In this document: piece after piece, positions 44,665-64,000 of the stretch
Position numbering within the stretch: the stretch's first letter is position 1
Layout: the number at the start of each line of letters is the position of its first letter
Source: the human T2T-CHM13v2.0 reference genome, Homo sapiens
Direction: 5' to 3' (one strand)
Assembly (NCBI RefSeq): GCF_009914755.1
Contig: NC_060935.1
DNA: 64,000 bases
The notes under the pieces: generated by a model
What the model was told of the DNA's origin: nothing
The model's database searches: none
Seen by the model: only the letters and a program-made list of their open reading frames with translations
Translations under genes and position numbers: made by a program

Positions 44665-45190
44665 TGTAGTTCAGAAGCCAACCCTTATTTTATTAAAATG
44701 TGTACAAGAGATGGGGAAGGAAAAGGACCAGACTGTACTGTGGCCATGTACACAAAGGCATGCACCACATCCCAGCTCTGCTGCCCTGGGCTGTCCCACA
44801 GGCAGCTCTCTAGAACTTGAGAGCCTCAAAAGGGGCCTCATGAAGCCCAGATCTTCCCTGGTCAAGCTGATGGCATTCGTATAACTGAAAGTTGGGGAAG
44901 ACCACCAGGTCAGTGGAGTGGAGAGGTTTTGTATATGGTCTTCTTTGAAGAAACTTACTTCTTGCAAGCCCTGGCATCTTCCAATTGGCTGTCCTAGTAG
45001 TGGACGTGGCATCAGCCTACCAGCAATGGAGGTCTACTCACCCTTCACTGAGTTTTGTCCCTGAAGTCAGAAGCCCTGGCACAGCCAAGTTCACAGGCCA
45101 AATCACACTTCAGGCCCACACTGCTTCACGCAATGACACACGTACAGACGGATATACAGAAACACTTCTCAAGGAGTGCATGAGCATGGT
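44665..45190 (-). terminator. PAMR1: PAMR1 3' UTR with AATAAA poly(A) signal (44689-44694); cleavage site about 44665-44675
   Basis: Minus-strand AATAAA ~500 nt after the stop codon. Cleavage position is inferred from typical spacing. Confidence 0.8.
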
Positions 45191-45727
45191 TCATTTCATA
45201 TTTCTTTCAATCCAGTCTTTAAAAGGCAGCACCTTGGTGAAGGCAGTGGAGAGCCTGTGGCTGCATGTTTTATCATAGCTCCAGCTGACCAGTCCCATCA
45301 GATGCCAGCGTGGCTCAGGAGATGCTCGTCCCGGGAAGGACACAGCCGCGATGCCTCCTGTCTCTGCAGTGCAGATATCAGAAGGGGCAGTGGGTTCCCA
45401 GCTGGCACAGAACATGTTATCAGTGACACTCACTGGGATGCCATGGTCCTCATGCTGCTCCTCACACAGCAGCGAGTCCACCACACTGACCACCCCAGAG
45501 CGCAGTGTGTCGTTCTTGAAGCCAGGGCTCCTCACGTCTGCCAGGACATTCCAGCCAGCCACAGTGATGTGGGACTCCTGGAAGGAAGTGCTGAGATCCC
45601 GACTGGCAGCGAGGCAGATGGGCTGGACTCGGGTGCTGATACGGGCCTTGTCTAGGAGCTTCAGGATGGCGATGTCAGCATCAAGCAGGATGGGGTCATA
45701 GTTGGGATGCAGAATGATAGCAGAAAT
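45191..45727 (-). CDS. PAMR1: PAMR1 last coding exon, C-terminal half of inactive serine protease domain ([11 protein letters not shown]...DWIERNMK*)
   Basis: ttgtag| acceptor, 537 nt = 179 codons including TGA. Contains DADIA and DICTAETGG (degenerate GDSGG) motifs. Confidence 0.96.
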   Translation of the reverse strand: MSAIILHPNYDPILLDADIAILKLLDKARISTRVQPICLAASRDLSTSFQESHITVAGWNVLADVRSPGFKNDTLRSGVVSVVDSLLCEEQHEDHGIPVSVTDNMFCASWEPTAPSDICTAETGGIAAVSFPGRASPEPRWHLMGLVSWSYDKTCSHRLSTAFTKVLPFKDWIERNMK

Positions 45728-46531
45728 CTACAAATGCAAGGAATGGGCAGCAATGGTGAGGAGCCAGCTCCACAGTGGATAAGAACAGACAAGGCTTGGA
45801 GCTAAATTTTTGGGAGAAAATGTCTAAGAGGCAGCTACAATTATTTGGAGATACTTCACTCAAGAAATCATGGAAAACAACTACTCTACTTCCAGAATTG
45901 CAAACTAAAGTGCTTTCTAGGGCCTGGAAGGTGGGATTAAATAAGTGAAGTGGACAGTTGAGGCTGCATGCCCATCTAAGGTGGGCAGTGGCCACATCAC
46001 TGCAGTCAGCCACTCCATGCTGAAATGGGACCAGCATTCTAGTTTTGCCAGAAAATGAATTCCAAATCTTTATCTGAAATATCTTGATGTTAAACAAACA
46101 ATGCTTGCAAATAAATAAATGATTAAAAATATGTTTCAGCACCATCAAGGCACAAACCCTCACAGGCTAAGTTTTCAACCTCTGGTCCACTGTAAACATT
46201 TCATTTACATTCAAGCCAGTAAATAGAGCTATGCTCAGAATATTCCACAAGACTTTTCCACAAAGTCTTCCCTGATTTTCCCAGTCCTTGCTGGTCATGC
46301 CTTTTGATGGGAGCCTGTAGGAGCACACATCTTGTAAAATGTTTATGTATATGTTCTATTACCTCAATCTCCTTTGAGTATATTGCCTTGGGGCTTCTCT
46401 TGTGTCACATTGATTATGATACATTGGTCTATCTCTCCCACTCAACTGTGGACTTTTCAGAGAAAATAAAACGTGCTCTATTCTTTTCTGTGTCTACTTA
46501 CAGTGAAAGGCACATTGTGGGGGCTTAACAA

Positions 46532-46740
46532 TAGATGGACAGGTAGGTGGATAGATGGAGAGATGGATGGATGGATGGATGGATGGATGGATGGATGGAT
46601 GGATAGACGGATGGATGGATCGATGGCTGGATGGATGGATAGATGGAGGGATGGAGGGATGGATGGATGGATGGATGGATGAGGGGATGGATAGATGGAG
46701 GGATGGATGAAAAGATAGATGGATAGACAGATGGGTGGGG
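46532..46740. repeat. (GGAT)n / (ATCC)n simple repeat
   Basis: Read directly from the sequence. Confidence 0.95.
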
Positions 46741-47346
46741 GAATAAAAGACAGGGAGGGAGTCAGGGAAAGACAGACATATATTGTAAATTTGTTAAGAG
46801 TATATCTAGGGTAAAACATCTCTGTCTACCTAGGACAGTGCCCAAATGTAATAGGTGATTAACCTTTTTTTATTCAAAAAGTATTTATTGATAATCTACT
46901 TTGAGCCAGGCACTGTGCCACACTGTGAGGGTACAATGACAAATCACAACATTCATGGAGCTAACGGTTTCAGGCAGAGCCAGCCATTAAACAAATAATT
47001 TCACTAATTTTTAATTTGTTAATTTATGACATATCCTACCAGGTAACATGTGCTACTAGGAGAAGTACATTTTACTCTTAGGTGATTAACTTTTGATGAC
47101 CACAGTGATAGATGCCTTTGCCTCTATCTTATTTAAAAAATAATCAAGGTGGAAAAAAGACTCCACAGCCTTTCTAGGTACCCCCATCTAGTATCTCAAT
47201 ATGAAATAATGAACGCTGCTATATGCGAGGCTCTGGGCTGGCTGCTGACATGCTAAGGGGACAGAGCTTGGTATAATCACTGCTCTCCCGTGCTTGGAGT
47301 TTTTTTGAGCCAGAGCCCCAGCTTCCAAGTGCAAGCCCTCTCTTAC

Positions 47347-47639
47347 CTGTAGGCTCTGGATGGTCTTCTCATCCCGGTCATCATCCCGGTAGAATTTCCC
47401 CAAAACAACTTTCAGGTCTGCTGTCTTGATCATGGTGACCTTCCCCAGGTCAGTAACACAGTGGGCAGCCACCACCACAGTGCGCTCATTCACCAGGGCA
47501 CCGCTGCAGACTAGGAACCACGCTCCCTTGTGTAGGCTGCCGTCATGCACCCCGCTGGTCCTCCTGTAGATGGCTGCCTGCCACGGCCAGCGCAACCCTT
47601 GGGTCTTTGGAGCAGTGATGTTCTCAATTTTCCCGCAGA
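47347..47639 (-). CDS. PAMR1: PAMR1 exon, N-terminal half of peptidase S1-like domain ([24 protein letters not shown]...AAHC...QSLQ)
   Basis: ccatag| acceptor, CAG|gtaag donor, 293 nt, phase 1-0. WPWQ, CSGAL and AAHC motifs. Confidence 0.96.
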
Positions 47640-48178
47640 CTATGGAGAAAGTACCAGCTTAGTAAGATAAACTCAGACTTTGCCATCCAAAGGAGAATGT
47701 GTCACTTAACCAGAGAGCACAAATCTGGAAAGGTGAACTGTATGGGCATGATGACCACTAAGATAAGTAACCCAGTTTTCTTCTGCATTTAAATATTAAT
47801 CAACCCACCCTGACATGGCTGGCTATAAAGTCTAGGATTTGCAGTCAAATGAAACCTGAGTTCTGATCCCAGGCACTTACTATCAATAGAACTTTGGGCA
47901 AGTTGTCTAATCTTTTAGAGCCTCTGTCTTCTTGCCTGTAAAATGGATAGAACAATAATAATGGTCTCACAGAGCTCTTGAGGAGATTAAATGAGATGGT
48001 ACATGCAAACAAACTCAAAATATCATGACTATCCTCATAGTCATGACCACAATGAACTAAATCATATTGTTCTCCTTTCGCAAAGAGGATGGGGAAGGCA
48101 GCTTAGTAAATGCAGGCCCCTAATCCGGACACTTTGACATATTATCTCAGTACTCATCATCATAACCTTATGATGTAA

Positions 48179-48343
<165 letters not shown>

Positions 48344-48737
48344 TAATACCTCATTGCTTAATAACAAGTACCTAATTAGTATCACTGGGTGATGAGTGTA
48401 AAAATTGGGGCTTAAACAGGGTAGCCAAGATTATATAACTTGAGGCCCTCTGGCACCTTTAACCCCTTTCCCCACTTGGTGACTTAATGACCATTTTTTC
48501 CAAGTAAATATGATAGAATCACCCAAGAACGCATGCCTCTAAGATTTAGTGAGTCAATTTCTCCTGGGTAGTAAGGTTAAGCCAAAGGAAAAAAAAAGCT
48601 CTAACTATGGAATTTCAGATATCACCAAACTAGAGAAAGCACTGGAGATGCTCTCCCAAAAAGTAGGGTTAATGGTTTTTCTCAGGCAGTCATGAAAGAT
48701 TGAGCATGCTCAAGCCCAAGAATGAGCCTTGACTCAC

Positions 48738-48970
48738 TAGGGATGCAGGATGGTGCCCGCCCACTCCACTTCCCAGTCCTCAGACATGTCCTCCTGCTGC
48801 TGCCCAGGCGGCGGTAGAAGGGTGAGATGCACTCATACTGGAGCTGGGTATGCAGATGTTGGTATCCCATGGGCAGATCTCCAAAGGGAAGGGCTGGCTT
48901 CTTGGTAGGGGCACTCTGCAGTTTCTGCTTGCTGAAGGCCGCTGAGTATAGCTGGTGTAATGGTGTCTCC
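48738..48970 (-). CDS. PAMR1: PAMR1 exon, degenerate Sushi domain 2 ([12 protein letters not shown]...[10 protein letters not shown])
   Basis: cccag| acceptor, A|gtgagt donor, 233 nt, phase 2-1. Confidence 0.95.
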
Positions 48971-49129
48971 CTGGGTCAGGAAACATGGGCCCAGAGAAAG
49001 AGCAGGGTGAGAGAAAGTCACTGTGGCCTCTTTAGCATTCATGCCATGTCCCATGTAGATATTTGTTTACAGAAACAGAAAAAATCTCTGTCTCTGTCTC
49101 TCTCTATCTCTCTCTCTGTCTGTCTGCCT

Positions 49130-49419
49130 TTTGAGGCAGGGTCTCCCTCTGTCCCTCACTCCAGGATGGAGTGTAGTGATGCGATCTTGGCTCACTGCAA
49201 CCTCCACCTCCTGGGTTCAAGCAATTCTTGTGCCTCAGCCTCCTGAATAGCTGGGATTACAGACATGCAACACCACGCCCAGCTAATTTTTGTATTTGTA
49301 GTAGAGATGGGTTTTCATCATGTTGTCCAGGCAGATCTTGAACTCCTGGGCTCAAGCAATCCACTCACCTTGGCCTCCCAAAGTGCTGGGATTACAGGTG
49401 TGAGCTACGCCACCCAGCC
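49130..49419 (-). mobile_element. AluJ/S element flanked by TC-rich tracts
   Basis: Alu dimer sequence. Confidence 0.88.
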
Positions 49420-49436
49420 AAAAATGGCTATCTCAT

Positions 49437-49490
49437 TCTGTGTCTCTCTGTTTCTCTCTTTCTGTCTCTCTGTTTCTCTCTCTCTCTCTG

Positions 49491-49526
<36 letters not shown>
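49437..49526. repeat. Compound (TC)n(CA)n microsatellite
   Basis: Read directly from the sequence. Confidence 0.95.
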
Positions 49527-49528
<2 letters not shown>

Positions 49529-50969
49529 TGCCTCTCCCACTGAGCAAATTCTCTTGTATACTTCAATCTTCATTTTATGTCTCCATGTCTATTACTGGCA
49601 TGATTCCAACTGCTTAAGATTTTAACCAAAGACAATAATACCTGGCATAATAGCTGCTATCCAAAGGTACATTATACATGCACACACAAAGAAATTAATT
49701 GCAACATTAAACAAAAAAGGGAGTTAAATTGAATGAGAGAAATGTAGACATTTTTTTCCTCCAAACATTATCATAATGGGGCAATATTAGGAATTGACTC
49801 AAACTAAACTGTGTTGATACAGTAGCTTGATTTAGCAATTAGCAGGTGTAATTAGTACACCTCAGAGAATAGAACTTTCTCTCAGGGCGCATTGATCGGG
49901 AGAAATATGAAGCATTGCATATAAATGGGAAAAGGGGATATTAAATGAGCCCTGAAGTTGGAGCCCTCAGAGACCACTCAGGGATTCTTGGGGAAGATGT
50001 GCACACACTCTGCAGTTTGTGTTCATTTTATGTTGGCACCTAATGACTGTCACCTGAAAAGTTGAAAGTCCTTTAGGAATCTATGTTTTCATCCCTGTTT
50101 AATGAATGGACAAAGGAAGTGCAGAGAGGCAAGTGGAAGTACGCAGAGGCACGCAGTAAAGAAACTTGGTACCCAAGGCAGTGCTTACCAGTCACAATTT
50201 CCACCCTGGTGTCCCCCCAATACCAATATATCATCACAAGAAATCTATTTCATATACAGTGCTTGGCTCAGAGCAAATATTCCAATCCTCTTGGTTTCAT
50301 TCAACAAATCTTTAGCTCATGTTTATAATGAGGTCTGTAGCTCAGGGAGCTCCTGAACTTGCAAACAAACTCCTCCCTTGGCTATGGAAGGTCTACACTG
50401 TCGTTGGGGGCTTCTGGATGAGGAGGTGGCTGCTGGAGATAGGGATACCCTCCACTTCAGCTGCCTGTCTTCCCAACAGATACTTAAAACCAAGTTTCAG
50501 CCTTGCTTTTTCATTTACTTGAGAAACCCGGCACTTTGCCACCTAACCTCCCATTAATATTGCTTTAAAAATAGGAAGCCCAGTAGTCTTTCTGAATAGT
50601 GCAGGGGCCCGTCTACAGCATGTGTCTTTGGGAAGAACAGGTTGATCCCACTTAGTGGAGAGTCCAGCCCAGGGAAATCACACAGATCAGGAAAGAGGGC
50701 AGAATTTGAATTTCACTGCCACCGTTTCCAAGGAAATGCCTTGCCCCTGAAAGGAAAAAGACAAAAATGGAAGGAGACAGCCTGAGGAGGGGTGAAAGAC
50801 TGATGGATATTCTGACTTATGAATATTCCAGGGAACTTAGCTGTAGTCAATTTCAGTCACCGGAATTCACTGTTACTATTTCTAACAATAGGTGAGAAAT
50901 CACTGTCCGATGAATTATGCGTGCAAGGTACTTTGCTACAGCCTTTACATAAGACTCAAAGTATAGTGC

Positions 50970-51910
50970 ATACGGGAGCAGACCAGGAAGCCAGATACTG
51001 AATTTACATCCTGGCTTTGCCACTCTAGCAATGTGATGTTGGACAAGTTACTTAACTTCTCTGAGCTTCAGTTTACCCCTCTGTAATATAAATGGTAATA
51101 AAATCTGTAATAAAATGGTGATAACAAAAATACCTACCTCAGAGGTTATAGTGAGGATTAAATGAACTAATGCATGAAAATACTCAGAAGAGCAACCGAC
51201 ACAGAGCAAACATGCAATAAATGTTAGCTATTAGGGTTGCATATAATCCTTGAAACAATCCCCAGAGACAGATTGCTATGATTATAACTACTTTTCAAAA
51301 GAAAAAACTAAGGCTCAGCAGGTTTAGGAACTTGCCCAAGAATACCCAGCACTAAAGACAGAGGCAGACTCAGGTCTTGAACCTTTGTTTGTCAATCCAA
51401 TTCATTCATTCGATAAATACTTACTGAGTGCCTACTATGTGGCAGGTACTGTTTTAGGTACTAGAACTTTCAGCATGAACAAAACAGATAATGTTCCTGC
51501 ACGTGTAACTTTCACATTTTGGGGAGGGTGAGGTTGACAGAAATTGAACAAATAAACCCTTAAAAATATGTAAGACAACAGGTGGAGAGAGATGCTAAGA
51601 TAAAAACAGAAACAGACTACAGGCTAGAGAATTCTGGGTAAAGGGGTCCACTAGACAGTCAGGGTGAAGATAGGATTGCTATCTTTAAAAGGATATTTAG
51701 GGAAGATCTCTCTCTGTTAGGCAAAAACTGAGCAGAGAACTGAAGGAAGTGAGGCAATAAGCCTGAGATCTTGTGGAAGCAGGCTCCAGACAGAAGGAGC
51801 CACAGTGTAGTTTCCAAAGCAGAACTGTGCTTGGAGTGATAGAGGAAAATCAAGGAGGCCCGTGTAGCTGAGTGGAGAGAGTGAGGAAGAGAATGTAGAA
51901 GAAATGAGTA
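50970..51910. mobile_element. MIR, MIR and L2 cluster
   Basis: MIR core (ggacaagttacttaacttctctgagcttcagttt) and L2 end (ttcattcattcgataaatacttactgagtgcctactatgtg). Further MIRs are at approximately 280, 15.4k, 26.1k, 33.5k, 35.4k, 37.6k, 38.3k and 47.8k. Confidence 0.7.
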
Positions 51911-52461
51911 GAAAGGGGCTACTCCCTCCCCACCAGGTGGACCCCACCTTTGTCTTCCCAGGAGGAAGGTTGAGCATACCAGAGGGGCTCACATCCTTCT
52001 GCATGGCTGGTCATTTGTCTCTAGTTCTTGGGCTCCCCCAGCCTGCCTCATCTCACTGGTTACCTCCAAGCATATCTTCCTAAATTATAGCTGACTGTGT
52101 TTAACAGAAATGTCATCTTCCTAGAAGCTACCATAACAAGTACATAGTAATTTCAGGAAGACTCAAGGATTCAAGTCCATTTTCTCAAAGATCATCTGAA
52201 AGTCTTGCTTTCCACCGGTCATCTACTTTCCCACGATCCAGTGAAATTTGTACATCTTCCAACAGTTGCTACCTCTTGGCTAAAGGCAGCTGGCTAATAA
52301 GCCTCCATCTAACAAGCCCTATTATTTCATGACCAGTTAGCACTAAATGTCCCTAAGAAACCTCAAACTGACTATCTTTGGCCAAACACAAGTGGGGAAG
52401 GGGAATGGAAGGGGAAATACTCATTAGCCTTCAGGGCAGAGTGCAGGTGTTTTGACCTCAC

Positions 52462-52528
52462 CTTGACTGAACCTGCATCGGAAGAACTCTCCTTCTCACC
52501 AGGTCTGAAATCTTTGGTTCTCGGCAGG
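52462..52528 (-). CDS. PAMR1: PAMR1 67-nt linker exon ([23 protein letters not shown])
   Basis: ttctag| acceptor, AG|gtgagg donor. Phase 1-2 bridges the flanking exons exactly. Too short for the ORF track. Confidence 0.92.
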
Positions 52529-54315
52529 CTAGAAATAAAAAAGACAATGCTGCATGATCCTTTTCCATATTCACTGTTCATATCATTCAGTTCAGATTCA
52601 TACCTGACCCCCACTTCTGGACACCAGGTGCCCATTCCCCAGGCTCTCAGAGGCAAGACATGTCAGCCAAGCTTGAACATCTCACTTTACAAAAGAGCTT
52701 GGTGCATTTCATCTTGATTGACAGCACCCTCTGAAGAATCCAAGAAGAGCAGATGCCTCTGAAAGGCTGCCCCACCTGAGTGATTTGGGACAATGGCATC
52801 ATAGATTAGGATCATCTGTTCATGTGAATGTAATTAGCAAACTTGATCAAAATGGAATAAAAGTCAAAGTGAAGGTTCTAAAACATAGCCCACATGGGGA
52901 ATTAGAAGGTTCTCTTTTGACACCAGACAGCAGTGTCAACCATAGATAAGTCTTGGAAAACTGATTCCTCCATGTTCTTTCTCTGCTGTTAAGGCCCCTA
53001 ACAATCACTTGAGGGCAATTCAAAGCCCAGTTTAATTTTGTTGAAGTCTCTCTTTCTTCAAGAATGAAAAGGAATCCTTCCCATCTCACTTTCCCAATCA
53101 GGCAGCCAACATTCATCTAATTAGCAACTTAGAGAACTTTGGTTGTATTAATTTGTAAGAGAAGACTGGACAAAAATCTCCAAGGACATATGTGACACCG
53201 TTCCCATACTTAATGAAATAAAAATCAGAATTTGTGCTGGTGGGGATGAAGGTCGCTTCTGGCTAAAGTCTAAAGTGATTTATTCCTTTCACAAACCATT
53301 CCCTTTCATTCCTTTTCCCATGATTCAGGTTGTTGACAAACACCCAGAAGGCAAAGTGGAGGATTAAGACAATTATCCGGATAATCTAGGACAAGGACAT
53401 GTTTTCTTCCCAGTAAACAGCCAGATCATTGTGGCCTGCCCCCAAATAGAGAGGATGTTAACCTGAAGCAACTAGTGAATCAATTCAGTGAGAAACTATG
53501 CATCCCCACTGCCAATGGGGAAGGTTCAAACTTCTCTATACAATATTCCACTTTTCTGTCCAACCTACATATTTAAGTTTACCCCTTGATTCCCAGATTG
53601 CCTCACTTTGAGTTTACCATGATGACTTCACTTCTGCCTACACCTCTTTTCTTTTCTGCTGTCTTCCATTTGGAATACCATCCCGACTCCTCTTCACATC
53701 TACAAATCCTCTCCAGCTTTCCAGACTGGCTCCAGTCCTACTGGATTCATGCAATTGTCCCTATTTCAGGAATGCTGATCTCTCCTTTTGCTGAACTTAC
53801 ACCACTCATCTCTTCCTATAACTATCCCTTGAATGTACAAGGGTTTACTCTCTGTCTTTGTTTTTAAACATCTTAACATCTTCAATCCTCCCCCTCCATA
53901 GGCTGGCAGGGATGATGTGTCTATTTTGTTCTTTTATTTCTCACATCAACTTAATATTGCATAGAAAGTAGATAAGTGGAGCTATGTACATGCTTATACA
54001 TTGCCTCAATTCTATACTTGGATTTGCATATATTAAACTCAGCCCTGTCATCTTTCCTAAACTGCTCTGATAACTACATTCCTCTTCTTGATCACCTCAA
54101 GGTGTTGTGATTAGGGAAAGCAGGTCCTCTTGAGGTCAAAAAAAAAAAGAAGCAAATATTTTTAGGATGGTTTCCAACCTCAGAGATATATGGTTTCAGA
54201 AAGGACTTAAAAGAGAAAGGCATTTTTCCAGGGGCTTAAAAACATGCAAAGGAGCTACCAAAAAGTCTAGCAACTTCATCAATGTCCGTAGACTTCAGAA
54301 ACAATTGTAAGTTAC

Positions 54316-54528
54316 CTTTTATGCAGATGGGCTGTTTCCCTGACCACTCTCCATTCTGCTGGCAAGTTCTTTTCTCATTGCCACTAAGAACATAGGAGTT
54401 GTTACAAAAGAAAGACACCACGGTGCCAATTTTAGCATGGCGTCCGTTGATAAGCCCAGGGCCCCCTGTTATTTTCTGGTACCCATTGACTGGGCCCCCA
54501 GGGTCTGAGCAGTTTCTTTCTTCAAGGA
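54316..54528 (-). CDS. PAMR1: PAMR1 exon, Sushi/CCP domain 1 ([18 protein letters not shown]...[10 protein letters not shown])
   Basis: tttag| acceptor, G|gtaac donor, 213 nt, phase 1-1. CCP Cys/Trp pattern. Confidence 0.95.
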
Positions 54529-55414
54529 CTAAAAGAAAGTAAAAGAAAAGGAGAATTGTTAAAAGTCTGAGTTATTCCATTTTAGAATAGAATCTTTCAT
54601 GTTTCATTGAACTAAAAATACAATGATATAGGATCTGGTGCTCAAAAGAATTACTAAAATAAATCTCATAATAGAAAATTCATGTACTAGACATGTATTT
54701 CCCCTGTTTTCATAATTTATTCTTAAATTGAAAAATCTCATTCTATATATAAATAAATTTGATGCCAAATCTGGCTCTTATATCATCTTGTCCATTTCTT
54801 TCTCAAACTGTTGGAACTAGGCAGCCCTGAGTAAAATAAATATCTCACCTAAATTTTATTATCGGTATACAAGGATTATTGTTTTTCAGTGTTGTTGTAT
54901 TATCTCCTTCATTCTTTAAAGCTTGGGCAATTAAAAACTATTCCATTTCCTATTTGTATTGTACCCAGAAAGTAGAGCTGCTTAGAAATAAGAGTACATA
55001 CATAAAGTGAATTTAGATTTTATATTTAATCTCTAGGAAAATAAGTGTATTGAAAGTTATAGTTAAAAATACTACAGAACAATATAATTGTAGAGATACA
55101 ATAAATTTCCCTTGATCTCCAAATATAACTTTCCATCTAAGTATTTGATATTCATTACAGAGGTATTTCTATTCTTTGAGTCCTGTTGAATGGCTATTAA
55201 AGTAGAAATGGCATCAGCAGCTATTCTGAGCACTAAACAGGATTTTTAGATATATTCTGGAAATATTCTATCAGATAGGTAACATATTTCTCTCAAATAG
55301 ATTATGACACTACTGAATATGACTTGCCTAAGGAAGCCGAGCTCCCATAGAATTCAAACTTCTACTACTTGATTTGGGTACCAATCACTCTATCAACCTA
55401 TCAGCCTCCCTACT

Positions 55415-55737
<323 letters not shown>

Positions 55738-55744
55738 TTAGTTT

Positions 55745-55940
55745 CTTTTTTTTAATATAAATAATTTCAACTTTTATTTTAGATTCAGGGTGTACATGTG
55801 CAGAATTATTACCTGAGTATATTGCATTATGCTGAGCTTTGGGGTACAATTGATCCTGTCACACAGGCATTGATTATAATATCCAGTAGTTCTCAACCCT
55901 TGCCACCTTTTCTGTCTCCTCTTCTAGTAGACTCCCTGGT
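55745..55940 (-). mobile_element. L1PB/L1MA-like 3' end fragment
   Basis: tttcaacttttattttagattcaggg…acatgtgcag… pattern. Confidence 0.7.
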
Positions 55941-56015
55941 TTCCTTAAAATCATTTATTCTAAGACACAGACAGGCTCATCCCTATAAAACAGTCTCTGT
56001 GCAATGCAACTGTGC

Positions 56016-62885
<6,870 letters not shown>

Positions 62886-62962
62886 CAATTATGCATTTGA
62901 TAAGCTTTCTTTCCTGTAACTGTCCCAATTGCCTTCCAAGAAACTTACTTGGCTGCCTCCAG

Positions 62963-62964
<2 letters not shown>

Positions 62965-62993
<29 letters not shown>
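62965..62993 (+). repeat. Poly(A) tract
   Basis: Read directly from the sequence. Confidence 0.9.
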
Positions 62994-62996
<3 letters not shown>

Positions 62997-64000
62997 CTAT
63001 TCAGATAACACCTCTAAAATATTTGAGAATTAAAAATAAATAACTTTCCTATGTGCAACTTGGCAAGGCTGCAACAATTAGCCAAATCACCGGTTTGTCC
63101 ACTCTAAGACCGTCCATAGACTATGCGTAAGTTAATCTCAATGACACTCTGTATGCCTTTGGACTATGTAATATCAGCATTTTTTTCTGGCAAATGAATC
63201 CAAAGCCCCCATTTTATTAATAAGTATAAAAAAGGGACCCCACTGAGTAAGCTGTTTAAAAATACTGTGATGGTATAAAAAGGGTAATGGGTTTCTTAAT
63301 GCTTCAAGTGGACTCACAAAACTCCAGTGCTTACATTTTCAGAAATGCCTCCATGATGTGGGAGGAAAAGGCAGATAAAGCAGTCCATGTTGCTTCACTG
63401 ATGGTGGTAGCTTCTAATAGCACAGATTCATTCATTCTGAAAATTGAGCTTAGTAAGCACCCACTGGGGCCCACAGACTGAAATTGTCTCAAAAACATAA
63501 TATGTTATGCTTGAAAGTTTTATAAAATGGAATTCGTTGCAGACATAAAAATTGGGAGATTTCATTTAAAAATCTATATTATTCGTTTCTAACATAATTC
63601 AGATCTGAAATCCTGGGCCTGTATTCCCATATAGCAATAATCAACTGGAGTTGAAAAGTGTCTTTGCTTAGAAGAGAGCCCTATTCTTCACAGCCCCCAA
63701 GGGCTGCCTACTTCTAGCAGGCATGTGAATCTGCAGCCAATTAGCCTATTAAAGGGCTACAATTTGTGTAAATTAAGTGGAGCTCCCCATCGATTTTGAC
63801 CATTGCTAGCTAGAGCTCATGGCCAAGAAAGATTGAGTGATATTTAAGACCAGTCTTGGAATACTGAGAGAAAATGAACTGTACTCTAGCCACATCTGCC
63901 TCAGCAGAGGATAAGAAATCCTTTCTATTGTTGGCTTTGACAGGTAAGCCTGACAGTTGGGTTTTTCTGCCCTTGGAAGGAAGTGCTTTCATGGTCCACT

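Noticed and set aside
45176-45701. Plus-strand ORFs of 159 aa and 116 aa
   Set aside because: Antisense shadows of the PAMR1 last exon.
46473-46819. MDGW/HPSI repeat proteins
   Set aside because: Translations of the (GGAT)n microsatellite.

Overview
Human (primate) genomic DNA, recognisable as the 11p13 SLC1A2-PAMR1 junction, with both genes on the minus strand. Positions ~1-31780 are the proximal part of SLC1A2 (EAAT2/GLT-1) intron 1. A CpG island at ~31.1-33.5 kb holds exon 1 (17 coding nt, MASTEG) and the promoter. Positions ~33.5-44.6 kb are intergenic. Positions ~44.67-64 kb hold the last five coding exons of PAMR1 (Sushi domains plus an inactive trypsin-like domain), and I checked their splice phases by hand. 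Much of the rest is interspersed repeat (Alu, L1, L2, MIR, MaLR/ERV LTRs, MER). Almost all ORFs in the supplied track are repeat-derived or chance ORFs. I found no new multi-gene system. The most interesting unexplained structures are small: (1) a TSD-flanked tailless retrocopy of an unspliced pre-tRNA-Arg(UCU) with leader and intron; (2) a ~150-bp inverted, apparently self-templated insertion ending in a fold-back hairpin inside an old full-length L1; (3) a twin-primed L1PA2 with a 5' inversion; (4) an Alu-interrupted ~160-bp tandem duplication; (5) a candidate upstream first exon and a uORF at the SLC1A2 promoter. Repeat subfamily names come from remembered consensus sequences, and repeat boundaries are approximate unless a TSD is given.
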